A stretch of 64,000 nt of DNA from Escherichia phage FL31. Of this stretch, positions 9,580-21,544 are shown piece by piece (within the stretch, counting starts at the first letter, position 1; the number at the start of each line of letters is the position of its first letter). The stretch lies in the sequence record PP400782. The stretch is one strand, 5' to 3'. The notes below the pieces were generated by a model. That model was not told the DNA's origin and made no database searches. It was given only the letters and a program-made list of their open reading frames with translations. Position numbers and translations under genes: made by a program.

Positions 9580-9932
9580 TCTGAGAGCTTCCTGAGGTCT
9601 TCTGCAAAGGAATCGAAGGACCTGTTGATTTGTTTTTCGACCAATCCTGGTTTACTTGCCACCACGTTCTTCTTCTTCGAATCCTTACGGAGCTTTTCAT
9701 TTTCAGCCTTAAGTTGGTCAACTAAAACACGGTTCTTATAAGTCATTTCTTCGATTGACTGATATTGAACCTTGAAGTCGTCTAATACTTTAGCATTGTT
9801 TTTAGCAGTCTCTTTTACTGTAGCCAATTCAGTATTCAGCGAATCGACTTTATGGTTCAGAAATGCTATTGTTACAGTAGCAACAACCGCAAAAGCTGCC
9901 ACTACAATATATGATGCATTTACTTTAAGCAT
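9576..9932 (-). CDS. inner-membrane spanin (i-spanin), PseT.3-like
   Basis: 118 aa; N-terminal TM segment YIVVAAFAVVATVTIAFL then charged coiled-coil region. Confidence 0.6.
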   Translation of the reverse strand: MLKVNASYIVVAAFAVVATVTIAFLNHKVDSLNTELATVKETAKNNAKVLDDFKVQYQSIEEMTYKNRVLVDQLKAENEKLRKDSKKKNVVASKPGLVEKQINRSFDSFAEDLRKLSE

Positions 9933-10420
9933 GTTTGAATAATCTCAATGATTTCGTCTCGGGATAATCCATTGATAAGAACTGTTTTAGGCCCGTCAGT
10001 TTGGATTTTGTATGATTCAAACAATACACACAACTCTTCTGCTGTATGATATGGGCTTGAGATTCCGAGACGGTTGAATTTGTCGGTAAGAGGGTCGCAA
10101 ATGATGTAGAATTTGATACCTGCGATATGTACGTTTGGTTGACTAATATTAATGAACACATTAGCGTCATATTTAGTCAAATTGTTTTGAAGAAATTCTA
10201 CCATAGCATTAACTGCTTCCGGCATCGCTTCGCGTTTCTCTTCAGCGTATCGGGTGGAATACTCTTTTTGTTTTACTTTCTTTTTAAGATTTTTGGCCAG
10301 TGTAACACGTAGGTCAGTAAGATAACCAACTGGACGTCCTTTCTTAAAGACCCGGATTCCGTCAGTTGTGTCTCCAAAAGCGGTTACGACCATATCGTTA
10401 GTAATCAATTGCATATTCAT
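9920..10420 (-). CDS. alc: Alc-like protein (transcription termination on cytosine-containing DNA)
   Basis: Position between 63 and spanins as in T4; start moved to internal ATG (MNMQ...) because SD GAGGAG precedes it and the longer ORF would overlap promoter 10441-10480. Confidence 0.5.
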   Translation of the reverse strand: MNMQLITNDMVVTAFGDTTDGIRVFKKGRPVGYLTDLRVTLAKNLKKKVKQKEYSTRYAEEKREAMPEAVNAMVEFLQNNLTKYDANVFINISQPNVHIAGIKFYIICDPLTDKFNRLGISSPYHTAEELCVLFESYKIQTDGPKTVLINGLSRDEIIEIIQTCLK

Positions 10421-10440
10421 AATTTTCTCCTCGTATTGTT

Positions 10441-10480
10441 GATAAAAGCCATAGTAACACCTTCCTTGGTGTTTGTAAAC
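10441..10480 (-). promoter_or_regulatory. early-type promoter (GTTTAC ... TACTAT)
   Basis: Minus-strand read; between gene 63 stop and alc. Confidence 0.45.
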
Positions 10481-10482
10481 CA

Positions 10483-11616
<1,134 letters not shown>

Positions 11617-11627
11617 TCAGTTAGTTT

Positions 11628-11662
11628 TTTAAATTGTACCACAATCCTTGTGGTATGTAAAC
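11628..11662 (-). promoter_or_regulatory. early-type promoter (GTTTAC ... TACAAT) upstream of gene 63
   Basis: Minus-strand read; -35 overlaps denA stop codon. Confidence 0.4.
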
Positions 11663-12072
11663 TACTTTTTCTTATGTTGGATATTCCAAGGCGGGTTGAA
11701 CTTTTTGATAAAAAGCGGTTCTTCAAGGTCCATTGTTGCGATGGTCATTGAACCAAGTTCGTTGGTGACTGAAAGGTCAAAACATTGGCGGGCCCAGAAT
11801 TCAACCTTTTTGCCTTGCATTAAGGCATCCAAAATCATAAGTGATTTTCTTGAATCTGAAGTCTGGTCTTTTCGATTTATGGCTGTTCGATAATAGTTAA
11901 TGCGTTTCTTTAAATTCTTGGTTTTACCAATATACACAAGTTCGTCATCTATAGCAATAGCATATATGACATTTTTCTTATTAGGGACATCAACTGTTTT
12001 AATTGTTGCATCTTCTAATAGCTCCAATTCTGTATATTTAATAAAGGAATATTCGGCGGCGATATCTTTCAT
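11662..12072 (-). CDS. denA: endonuclease II
   Basis: 136 aa; GIY-YIG-like VYIGKTKNLKKRINYY; position between 63 and nrdB. Confidence 0.8.
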   Translation of the reverse strand: MKDIAAEYSFIKYTELELLEDATIKTVDVPNKKNVIYAIAIDDELVYIGKTKNLKKRINYYRTAINRKDQTSDSRKSLMILDALMQGKKVEFWARQCFDLSVTNELGSMTIATMDLEEPLFIKKFNPPWNIQHKKK

Positions 12073-12080
12073 AATAAAGT

Positions 12081-12094
12081 GGGACCGAAGTCCC
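12081..12094 (-). terminator. UUCG-tetraloop hairpin between nrdB and denA
   Basis: GGGAC-UUCG-GUCCC followed by U-rich tract. Confidence 0.45.
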
Positions 12095-12098
12095 GTCC

Positions 12099-12601
12099 TT
12101 AGAAATATTTTTTGTATGAATTGATTACATTTTGGTCTACATCATTATCAATTTGTGCGACAAGATAAGAACTGATTTCAACTTCCTGAGGAGCTGCTTG
12201 AACTAAATCAGAGTTCAGATATTCACGAATCCAAGGATACGGATGCTTGGTCGGAGCATCAGTAATTGGACATGGCAAACCACACTGTTTCATACGAGAC
12301 ACAGTCAAGTAATCAACAAAAGCACACATACTCTGCGTATTGATACCTGGACATGTACCATCTTTAAAGAGGTGTGCAGCCCATTCCTTCTCTTGACTAT
12401 TTACTTCCATAAAAATGTCAACTGCTTCTTGTTCACATTCTTTAGCAATTTGAACCCACTCATCACCGTCAGTACCAGATTGAAGTTGACGGATAATGTA
12501 CTGAGTACCCTTGAGATGGAGTTGTTCGTCACGAGCAATGAACTTCATAATCTTTGCATTACCTTCCATAATTTCCATGTTCTTATGGAAGTTAAAGGTA
12601 C
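12099..12601 (-). CDS. nrdB: ribonucleotide reductase small subunit NrdB, exon 2
   Basis: In-frame continuation ...TFNFHKNMEIMEGNAKIMKFIARDEQLHL... of NrdB; proposed 3' splice site after intron-terminal G at 12602. Confidence 0.75.
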
Positions 12602-13692
12602 CGTTATGTTCGATTGAGCTCGCTAATTCTCAACCCGTTCTCTTATGAACTGCTACATATTACTATGCAGACCAGACTATATCACAATCCCAGAGGGATT
12701 CTCCCCATTTCGAGTCGCTTGACCCTACGTCCGAAGACTAGTCGTTGAACCTTGCTTTGCAATTGTCGCCGTGCCATCGTTTATATGTTGATGGTGATAA
12801 ATCTTTCTTATCACAATATGGACAATTCAATTGAATTCTATTTGGATTTAATTTACATCTATCATTATGTTTTAGATAAAATCCAGGACCTTTACCAATG
12901 TGACCGCAGAAATCACATGTGATTTCTTTTTGTGCAGGATGGGTTCCGTTCTTAACCATTTCTAATGTTTTTGCTGATGTTCTTTTCTTATGGTCTTCTG
13001 ACAAGAAATGATGTGAACCGTCATTTACCCGTTTTGATTGAGTTTCTGACTGCATTTTACCACCGCAAAATACATGAGTACCTTCTTTTATAGCTGCAAT
13101 ATTGCGTTCTTTAACTTTTGCAATATGCTCAGCTTGTTGAAAATTATGTATACCTAATGCAACTCTATTTAAATTAGATTTACGCTGTATTTCACCGTCT
13201 AAAAGATGAAATGTACCATTTTCTATCTTAGATTTAATAGAGGCAATATTTTTAGCTCGTACTTCAGGGATATTAAAAATCTGGATTTCTCTAGATTTTG
13301 CGGCTTTAGAAGCTAATTCAGAAATTTCTTCAGGAGAATATTTCATTCTAAGCTTTATAGCGTGACAAGCCTGGTAATCTTTTTGAGCTAAATGTATATC
13401 ATAATGTTCCTGTATAGAAAGGCACATCAAATTATCTAAATCATTATTTTCACGGTTACCGTCTTTATGATGGATTTCGTATGTTCTTCCATCAGAATCT
13501 TTAGGTATAGGTCCGTTAGCATCTATCCAAATTTTTCTATAGTTCAATTGTGCATCCTCTTAAAAGTATAATCATATTTATATTATACTAATTAAAGGTG
13601 CAAGCAAAACCTTGGCTGCTAGTTTTCCTATAAAGGACTTTCCAGCAATTAAAGGAGTTTTCGATAAACGTTACCGTTTAAAGGCGCATTTT
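12602..13692 (-). mobile_element. group I self-splicing intron in nrdB carrying a homing endonuclease ORF (about 1091 nt)
   Basis: NrdB reading frame interrupted between RFYVSFA and (C)TFNFHK; exon 1 ends in U, intron ends in G; boundaries inferred by frame reconstruction, not by folding. Confidence 0.7.
12738..13547 (-). CDS. HNH homing endonuclease, I-TevIII-like, full length (269 aa)
   Basis: N-terminal HNH motif YEIHHKDGNRENNDLDNLMCLSIQEHYDIH; C-terminal Cys/His-rich region CDFCGH...CPYCDKK...WHGDNCK; lies inside nrdB intron. Confidence 0.8.
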   Translation of the reverse strand: MNYRKIWIDANGPIPKDSDGRTYEIHHKDGNRENNDLDNLMCLSIQEHYDIHLAQKDYQACHAIKLRMKYSPEEISELASKAAKSREIQIFNIPEVRAKNIASIKSKIENGTFHLLDGEIQRKSNLNRVALGIHNFQQAEHIAKVKERNIAAIKEGTHVFCGGKMQSETQSKRVNDGSHHFLSEDHKKRTSAKTLEMVKNGTHPAQKEITCDFCGHIGKGPGFYLKHNDRCKLNPNRIQLNCPYCDKKDLSPSTYKRWHGDNCKARFND

Positions 13693-14368
13693 ACGCAAAA
13701 GATACATAAAAACGAATAGCTTCTAAGGCATTAATAACGTGTAAACAGAGGTAAAGAGATTTCATTAAAGCACGTTTAGCTTCGGCTTCTTGTTTAATAG
13801 CTCGGTTTAAACGAAAATCAGCATCAGGAGATTCTTTAGCTAGTTCTACAAATTCTTTAGCATTTTCCCAATAACGAGTTTTAACCAGAACATCATCGTA
13901 ATATTTACCTATTGATTCAGCTCGTTTCATGATTGCTTCGTCTAATACAATCTCATCAAATACCTTAGATGGATCGGTATAAAGATTTCGCATAATATGA
14001 GTGTACGAACGAGAGTGAATAGTTTCACTGAATGTCCATGTTGCAACCCACGTATCTAATGAAGGGTCGGAAATCAGTGCCATAAGTACCGCAGATGGGG
14101 CCCTGCCTTGGATAGAATCTAATAATGATTGATACTTAAGATTGTTTGTAAAGATGTCCTGTTGGAACTGAGGAAGCTTATTGAACTGCGCAGAGTCCAA
14201 CATCAAGTTTACCTCTTCTGGGCGCCAGAAAAACGACAATTGCTTTTCAATAAGTTCTTCAAAAACTTTATGTCGCTGAATATCATAACGTGCGAGGCCA
14301 AGACCAGAACCAAAGAACATTGGTTCATTCAAAACATCGACTTGTTGTGTGTTAAAAACTGTACTCAT
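13693..14368 (-). CDS. nrdB: ribonucleotide reductase small subunit NrdB, exon 1
   Basis: MSTVFNTQQVDVLNEPMFFGSGLGLARYDIQRH...LHVINALEAIRFYVSFA matches NrdB; start placed at ATG matching T4 N-terminus. Confidence 0.8.
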
Positions 14369-14422
14369 TATATTTCTCACTTAGTTATTAACTCATCCAT
14401 GAGTAAATTATAATCAAAAGTC

Positions 14423-16678
14423 TTAAAGCTTACAAGCAGAACAATCTTCAGCTTTAGGTGTTTCTAATTCATAGTCATCTGTACCTGACCCATCACGGGT
14501 GTTATGATAGTAGAGGTTTTTTCCGCCAAAGTACCAGAAGTAAAGCAGATCGTCAAGCATTACTGACATTGGCACTTTACCTTTCTCAAATACTGCAGGG
14601 TCATAGTAAGTATTAGCAGAAGCAGATTGGCACACCCATTTCAACATGATAGCAACTTGGGTCAAATAAGGTTTATTACCTTTCTTAGCAAGTTTCCACG
14701 CGTAGTCGTAAAGACTCATGTTATGTTCTATATTAGGAACAACCTGTCGGAAGTTGCCTTCTTTAGATTCTTTAATACTTACTGGACCACGTGGGGGCTC
14801 AATCCCGTTTGTAGAGTTCGATACTTGACTGCTTGACTCACAAGGCATGAGTGCAGACAACGTTGAGTTACGAATTCCATGTTCTTTGAGTTCAGCTCGA
14901 AGTTCTTCCCAGTCACAGACATAGTTCGGGGCTGCGATTTGGTCAATCTTTTTATTGTACCAGTCGATAGGTAATTCGCCTCTAGACCATTTAGTGTCTG
15001 AATAATACTCACAAGGTCCTTTTTCTTTGGCGAGTTTGATTGATGCTTTGATAAGGCCATATTGCAATCTCTCGAACAATTCATGGGTCAAATCGTTAGC
15101 GTCTTCATATGAAGCAAAGTTAGAAGCTAACCATGCAGCATAGTTCGTCACACCAACACCAAGATTACGACGCTTTTTAGCTTTTAAAGCTTCTGGAACC
15201 GGATAATCTTGATAGTCTAACAGGTTATCAAGTGCACGTACTTGTACTTCAGCAAGTTCATTAATTTTATCTTGGTCTTGCCAATCAAATTTATCTAATA
15301 CAAAAGCAGATAATGTGCATAAACCAATTTCAGCATCAGGACCATTCACATCATTAGTTGGAATAGCGATTTCACAACATAAGTTACTCTGACGAATTGG
15401 AGCTTTTTCACGAATAAACGGAGTGTAGTTATTCGTGTTATCAACAAACTGTGGATAAATTCGAGCAGTGCCAGAACGTTCAGTCATGAACAATTCAAAG
15501 AGTTCTAGTGCTTTGATTCTTTTCTTTCTGATTGTTGGGTCTTTTTCAGCTTTCTCATAAAGCTCACGGAATTTATCTTGATCTTCAAAGAACGAGTAGT
15601 ATAGTTCGCCTGACATTTCGTGAGGGCTAAATAAAGTAATATAATCATTTTTACCAAGGCGTTCCATCATAAGGTCATTAATCTGAATTCCGTAGTCCAT
15701 ATGTCGAATACGGTTTTCATCCACGCCTTTGTTATTTTTCAGAACTAATAGGTTCTCTACTTCTAAGTGCCACATCGGATAATACGCTGTAGCAGCACCA
15801 CCACGAATACCGCCTTGAGAACAAGATTTTACTGCAGTTTGGAAATGTTTCCAGAATGGAATAACACCTGTATGTCGAACTTCACCCATACCGATCTTAG
15901 AACCTTCTGCACGAAGCATACCAACGTTGATACCAATACCAGCTCGTTTAGAAATATATTCAATAATTGATGCTGAAGTTTTGTTAATAGATTTTAACGA
16001 ATCACCGGCTTCAATAACTACACAACTAGAGAACTGGCGAGTCGGAGTACGAGCACCTGCCATAATTGGAGTTGGCAATGAAACTTGATGAGTAGAAACG
16101 GCATCATAAAAACGAATAATATGTTTCAAACGGTCATGAGTTTCGTCTTGGTGTAAGGCCATACCAATAGCCATGATAGCAAACTGCGGAGTTTCATAAA
16201 TCTTACCAGTTGTTTTATCTTTAACCAGGTATTTTTCTTTAAGCTGCATAGCACCAGCATAAGTCAGGTCAAAGTCTCGTTCATGTTTAATCTGTGAATC
16301 GAGATAAATGATTTCTTCTGCTGAATATTGAGACAACAGCTCAGGGTCATATTTGCCTTCATTAACACAGTAAGAAATATGGTCGATAAAAGCAGGTGGT
16401 TCAAACTGCTCATATACATCTTTACGAAGTGCAAACATTAGACCTTTGGCGGCGACATACTGATAATCAGGTTCTTCGACAGAAATCGAGTTAGCTGCAA
16501 CTTTAATACAAATCTTCTGAATATCTTTGGTGCTCATCCCATCAACCAGATGAGTCTTAATTTCTTCATACAATTCGTATGGGTCAATTTGTGTTCCTTC
16601 ACATTGCCAAGTTAAGACTTGAATAATTTTCTGTGCATCAAAATTTTGTGATACACCACTGCTCTTAGTTACTTGCAT
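14423..16678 (-). CDS. nrdA: ribonucleotide reductase large subunit NrdA
   Basis: Class Ia RNR alpha motifs (NLCCEIAIP, C-terminal CSACKL); start moved to ATG preceded by SD GAGGAA; no intron. Confidence 0.92.
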   Translation of the reverse strand: MQVTKSSGVSQNFDAQKIIQVLTWQCEGTQIDPYELYEEIKTHLVDGMSTKDIQKICIKVAANSISVEEPDYQYVAAKGLMFALRKDVYEQFEPPAFIDHISYCVNEGKYDPELLSQYSAEEIIYLDSQIKHERDFDLTYAGAMQLKEKYLVKDKTTGKIYETPQFAIMAIGMALHQDETHDRLKHIIRFYDAVSTHQVSLPTPIMAGARTPTRQFSSCVVIEAGDSLKSINKTSASIIEYISKRAGIGINVGMLRAEGSKIGMGEVRHTGVIPFWKHFQTAVKSCSQGGIRGGAATAYYPMWHLEVENLLVLKNNKGVDENRIRHMDYGIQINDLMMERLGKNDYITLFSPHEMSGELYYSFFEDQDKFRELYEKAEKDPTIRKKRIKALELFELFMTERSGTARIYPQFVDNTNNYTPFIREKAPIRQSNLCCEIAIPTNDVNGPDAEIGLCTLSAFVLDKFDWQDQDKINELAEVQVRALDNLLDYQDYPVPEALKAKKRRNLGVGVTNYAAWLASNFASYEDANDLTHELFERLQYGLIKASIKLAKEKGPCEYYSDTKWSRGELPIDWYNKKIDQIAAPNYVCDWEELRAELKEHGIRNSTLSALMPCESSSQVSNSTNGIEPPRGPVSIKESKEGNFRQVVPNIEHNMSLYDYAWKLAKKGNKPYLTQVAIMLKWVCQSASANTYYDPAVFEKGKVPMSVMLDDLLYFWYFGGKNLYYHNTRDGSGTDDYELETPKAEDCSACKL

Positions 16679-16764
16679 ATATTCCTCGGATAGATTGATA
16701 GACATTACTCCAAACGGGATAGTATTTATCCCGTTAATTTATTATACACTTTTAAACTGAAGCG

Positions 16765-17019
16765 TTAATTATTCTTAGCAATAATTTCTTTGTATTCTTT
16801 AGGAGTCAAGACCGTAATATCGAAATAAACCAATGGTTCTTTTTCCATACCGTAACCACCACAAAATTCGCGATATTCATAAATTCGTTCGTGTGAATGG
16901 CAAATGAATCGTTCACCTTTAACTGTGATTTCACTATTTGGTGAAGGGATATCCAGTTCACTTGGATTTTTCATTTCAAAAATTGTGGTGCCATATGAAT
17001 TAATAAAACGTAAAATCAT
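16765..17019 (-). CDS. hypothetical protein (84 aa)
   Basis: ORF track; between td and nrdA. Confidence 0.5.
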   Translation of the reverse strand: MILRFINSYGTTIFEMKNPSELDIPSPNSEITVKGERFICHSHERIYEYREFCGGYGMEKEPLVYFDITVLTPKEYKEIIAKNN

Positions 17020-17020
17020 T

Positions 17021-18716
<1,696 letters not shown>

Positions 18717-18778
18717 TTTATTCTCCTTCACTTTTGATTTGATAGGGCTACTATAACATAACCCTATCTGATTATACA

Positions 18779-19171
18779 CTACTTTTTAAAAGTTTTTTGC
18801 AAAAGTTTGATGATTTCGTCGACGTTGGTTTCATCTACGATACAATGGATTTTTGTTACACCTAAAGTTATACCTTCGTTAGTAGGTTGAGGCTTTACTA
18901 AATCTACCTCAGTAAAGTATTTGAACTCGTCATGATAAATCTCAAAATAAGTTTCAATTTCACCACCGGCAGAACATACCGTACCGTCTTCCATAGTTAC
19001 ACTTACTACGTTTGACGTATCGCTATCATAATCAGGTTCCATTCCGTTTACAACAAAACTAGGCCCGTGGAGTTCAATCAATTTTAACATCTTAGCGTTA
19101 TTGTGTGGTGCTTCTTGAACAAAGTCGTCTTTAAATAAAGGGTTAATGATATAAGATTTTCCGATTTTCAT
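18779..19171 (-). CDS. hypothetical protein (130 aa)
   Basis: ORF track; early promoter 19192-19229 upstream. Confidence 0.5.
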   Translation of the reverse strand: MKIGKSYIINPLFKDDFVQEAPHNNAKMLKLIELHGPSFVVNGMEPDYDSDTSNVVSVTMEDGTVCSAGGEIETYFEIYHDEFKYFTEVDLVKPQPTNEGITLGVTKIHCIVDETNVDEIIKLLQKTFKK

Positions 19172-19191
19172 TTTGATTTCCTCATGTTGTT

Positions 19192-19229
19192 GATAGGTCT
19201 ATACTAACACATCCAGGTAAGAAGTAAAC
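19192..19229 (-). promoter_or_regulatory. early-type promoter (GTTTAC ... TAGTAT)
   Basis: Minus-strand read; directly downstream of gene 32 terminator. Confidence 0.5.
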
Positions 19230-19260
19230 AACTTTTTCGGCAATTTACAGATACTCAAAA

Positions 19261-19278
19261 GGGAGACCGAAGTCTCCC
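19261..19278 (-). terminator. intrinsic terminator after gene 32
   Basis: GGGAGAC-UUCG-GUCUCCC then UUUUGAG, 6 nt after gene 32 stop. Confidence 0.65.
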
Positions 19279-19284
19279 AATTTA

Positions 19285-20184
19285 TTATAGACCAGCTAAC
19301 AGGTCATCGAGGTCGCCATCGTCAGAAGACGAGGAACTCATGAAGTCATCTTCAGTTTTTGCAGAACCAAAGGCTTCCATGTCTTTATCAAAATCGTCAA
19401 GGTCAGAAGCAACTTTATCTGCAACAGAAGCTGCTGCGGCTGCTGCACCACCAAGAGCGGCAGTACCAAGAACTTGATTAAATTTAGTATTCAATTCTTC
19501 AAACGATTTGAACTTATCTTTAGAAGTCATTTCAGAAAGGTCAACCATTTGTTCGAACAATTCTTTCTGGAAAGATTCATCATCAATGTTTGGAATCGCA
19601 GATTGATTCAGGAATTTAGATTCGTCGTAGTTACTGAAACCAGAAACCTGTTTAACTTTCAGCACAAAGTTAGCACCTTCCCATGGGCAAGTTACATCAA
19701 CAGGAGTTTCACCCATTTCAGTATCGACTGCAATCATTGCATTGATTTTGTCCCAAATCTTTTTACCGAAACGATATTTGAATACTTTACCTTCATTATC
19801 TGGAGCTTGAGGGTCTTTAACAACCAGAATATTAGCCCAATAAGAAGTTTTACGTTTCAGTTGAGAATATTCAGTTTTGTTGGTATTGTACAGGTCATTT
19901 TTACTAATGTACTGACATACAGGACAAGAGTCATAATCGCCGTGTGTAGATGAACAGGTTTCAATATACCATTTACCATTTTTCTTGAACCCGTGGTTAA
20001 CAAGAATTGTAAACGGAAGTGCGTCATCTGTTTTTGCCGGCAGGAAACGAATTACCGCTTGACCATTACCGGATGCATCGAGTTTCAGCTTCCATTCACC
20101 TTTATCTTCTGAAGAGAAACCTTTGTTACCATTCAGTTTAGCCATCTGAGCTGCGAGGTCTGCGGTACTTTTACGTTTAAACAT
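19285..20184 (-). CDS. 32: single-stranded DNA-binding protein gp32
   Basis: 299 aa; [36 protein letters not shown]..., zinc-site cysteines and acidic C-terminus match T4 gp32. Confidence 0.95.
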   Translation of the reverse strand: MFKRKSTADLAAQMAKLNGNKGFSSEDKGEWKLKLDASGNGQAVIRFLPAKTDDALPFTILVNHGFKKNGKWYIETCSSTHGDYDSCPVCQYISKNDLYNTNKTEYSQLKRKTSYWANILVVKDPQAPDNEGKVFKYRFGKKIWDKINAMIAVDTEMGETPVDVTCPWEGANFVLKVKQVSGFSNYDESKFLNQSAIPNIDDESFQKELFEQMVDLSEMTSKDKFKSFEELNTKFNQVLGTAALGGAAAAAASVADKVASDLDDFDKDMEAFGSAKTEDDFMSSSSSDDGDLDDLLAGL

Positions 20185-20230
20185 TTTATTTGCCTTTATT
20201 TAGATTATTAATTAAATTTTACAGTTGGTT

Positions 20231-20254
20231 GCTACGACACTTATACCTCGTAGC
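20231..20254 (-). promoter_or_regulatory. gene 32 mRNA leader hairpin (candidate autoregulatory operator/pseudoknot) followed by A/U-rich leader
   Basis: Minus-strand RNA GCUACGA-GGUAUAAGUG-UCGUAGC about 45-70 nt upstream of gene 32 start. Confidence 0.5.
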
Positions 20255-20264
20255 TGGTATGTTT

Positions 20265-20272
20265 TATTTATA
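20265..20272 (-). promoter_or_regulatory. late promoter TATAAATA upstream of gene 32
   Basis: Plus strand tatttata = minus TATAAATA, about 80 nt upstream of gene 32. Confidence 0.6.
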
Positions 20273-20301
20273 CGGTAATTCTAACACAGATAAAATAAAG
20301 C

Positions 20302-20955
20302 TTAATACTTACATGATTTGATTGTTTCTATGAACAATTTCTTAGCAGCATTTCCATCGATTTGAAGTATTTTTCGATATGCCTTTAATTTGATAGAATA
20401 ATTTTGCCAGACTAAGTTATCGGTGAGTTCGTCGTGCTTATCTATAATATTCAAAAATGAGTCCAACAATAAGAAAGTCTCAAATGAAATTATATTGCTT
20501 TGTAGCAATTTGAATATGTAGCTCGACTGAACGTTGTTATTATAATCAAATATCTCTTGAAGCGCACTAACTTCAACTTTCTTACTGAAATAGTAGATGT
20601 TACGTACGTCTTCAGCAAACGTCTCTTTAGCTTGTTTGAGACGTCCAATATATTCCCTATAGAAAACTAATGCATCAGCGTCTGATATCTCACCAATCCA
20701 TGCGTCTTGGTTAGCAACTAAGTTGCTTATGAATATCAAGGTGAGTTCCTTCAATTTATATTTCTCTGCTAGTTTTTCAAAGAAATATTTATCTCGGCGT
20801 TTTTGATACGCATTATCCGAAACACGCATGCACCAGTTATATTTGATTACGTCATACCGACCATTAAAATGTTGTTTGCACATCAAGTATAGTTTGTATA
20901 CCGATTTTCCGTTAATATAACGTTCTCCATCAGGAGGCATGCGTATTTTAATCAT
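20302..20955 (-). CDS. 59: helicase loader gp59
   Basis: 217 aa; near-identical in length and sequence to T4 gp59. Confidence 0.88.
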   Translation of the reverse strand: MIKIRMPPDGERYINGKSVYKLYLMCKQHFNGRYDVIKYNWCMRVSDNAYQKRRDKYFFEKLAEKYKLKELTLIFISNLVANQDAWIGEISDADALVFYREYIGRLKQAKETFAEDVRNIYYFSKKVEVSALQEIFDYNNNVQSSYIFKLLQSNIISFETFLLLDSFLNIIDKHDELTDNLVWQNYSIKLKAYRKILQIDGNAAKKLFIETIKSCKY

Positions 20956-21290
20956 AATAAGAAATCTAACGTATTAGTTTTTTCACCACGAGCAACTGAC
21001 GGGCGAAGCATGTTTTCGTCAATTGCTTCGCTTGTAATTTTTTCAACAATTCCTGTAGGAATAAATTTAGCAAATTGTGTTTCCGGAATAGAATTTTCTT
21101 CCAAGAAAGCAGTTGTTGCTTCTAAATAAGACATACCAAATTGTTCAACCATAGATTCGATAATGAATCCGTTTTCTTGCCGGTCAAGCAATTTAGCGAT
21201 ATCATCTTTATCGTGTTTTACTGCTAATTCTTGTTCAGATAAACCGGCCTCATCAACCGGTTTAATATCACTTAGTGAAAACTGTGTCAT
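20952..21290 (-). CDS. 33: late transcription co-activator gp33
   Basis: 112 aa as T4 gp33; position between 59 and dsbA; 4-nt overlap with 59. Confidence 0.7.
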   Translation of the reverse strand: MTQFSLSDIKPVDEAGLSEQELAVKHDKDDIAKLLDRQENGFIIESMVEQFGMSYLEATTAFLEENSIPETQFAKFIPTGIVEKITSEAIDENMLRPSVARGEKTNTLDFLL

Positions 21291-21537
21291 AAAGCTCGAC
21301 TACCTCTTCGTTTTCAGCTTCAAATTGGTCACGAGCGTCTTTATGATAAAGAGCTAACAAACGATTAAACATTTTTCCATCGACACCAAGCTCTTCTTTA
21401 GCACGAGTACGAATGTCTTTAATCAGTTCATTATAACCAGAAATTTTAAGTTTGTTATCGGAAGCTTCCTTGACTAGTTTAGCCAGTTCTTCACCGTGCA
21501 CATCTTGATTAAATTCAACTGCTTCTTTCTTAGCCAT
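21268..21537 (-). CDS. dsbA: dsDNA-binding protein DsbA
   Basis: MAKKEAVEF... start chosen to match T4 DsbA N-terminus; position between 33 and rnh. Confidence 0.7.
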   Translation of the reverse strand: MAKKEAVEFNQDVHGEELAKLVKEASDNKLKISGYNELIKDIRTRAKEELGVDGKMFNRLLALYHKDARDQFEAENEEVVELYDTVFTK

Positions 21538-21544
21538 GTTTACC

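Noticed and set aside
16679-16705. Upstream start codons proposed by the ORF track for nrdA, gp38, t, gp56, dmd, alc, dsbA and nrdB
   Set aside because: Downstream ATGs match the T4 N-termini and are preceded by SD sequences; several of the longer versions use non-ATG starts or would overlap promoters.
18741-18780. Promoter-like sequence upstream of ORF 18468-18716
   Set aside because: Has the GATAGGG...CCCTATC dyad but no clear GTTTAC -35 at the expected spacing; not listed as a feature.
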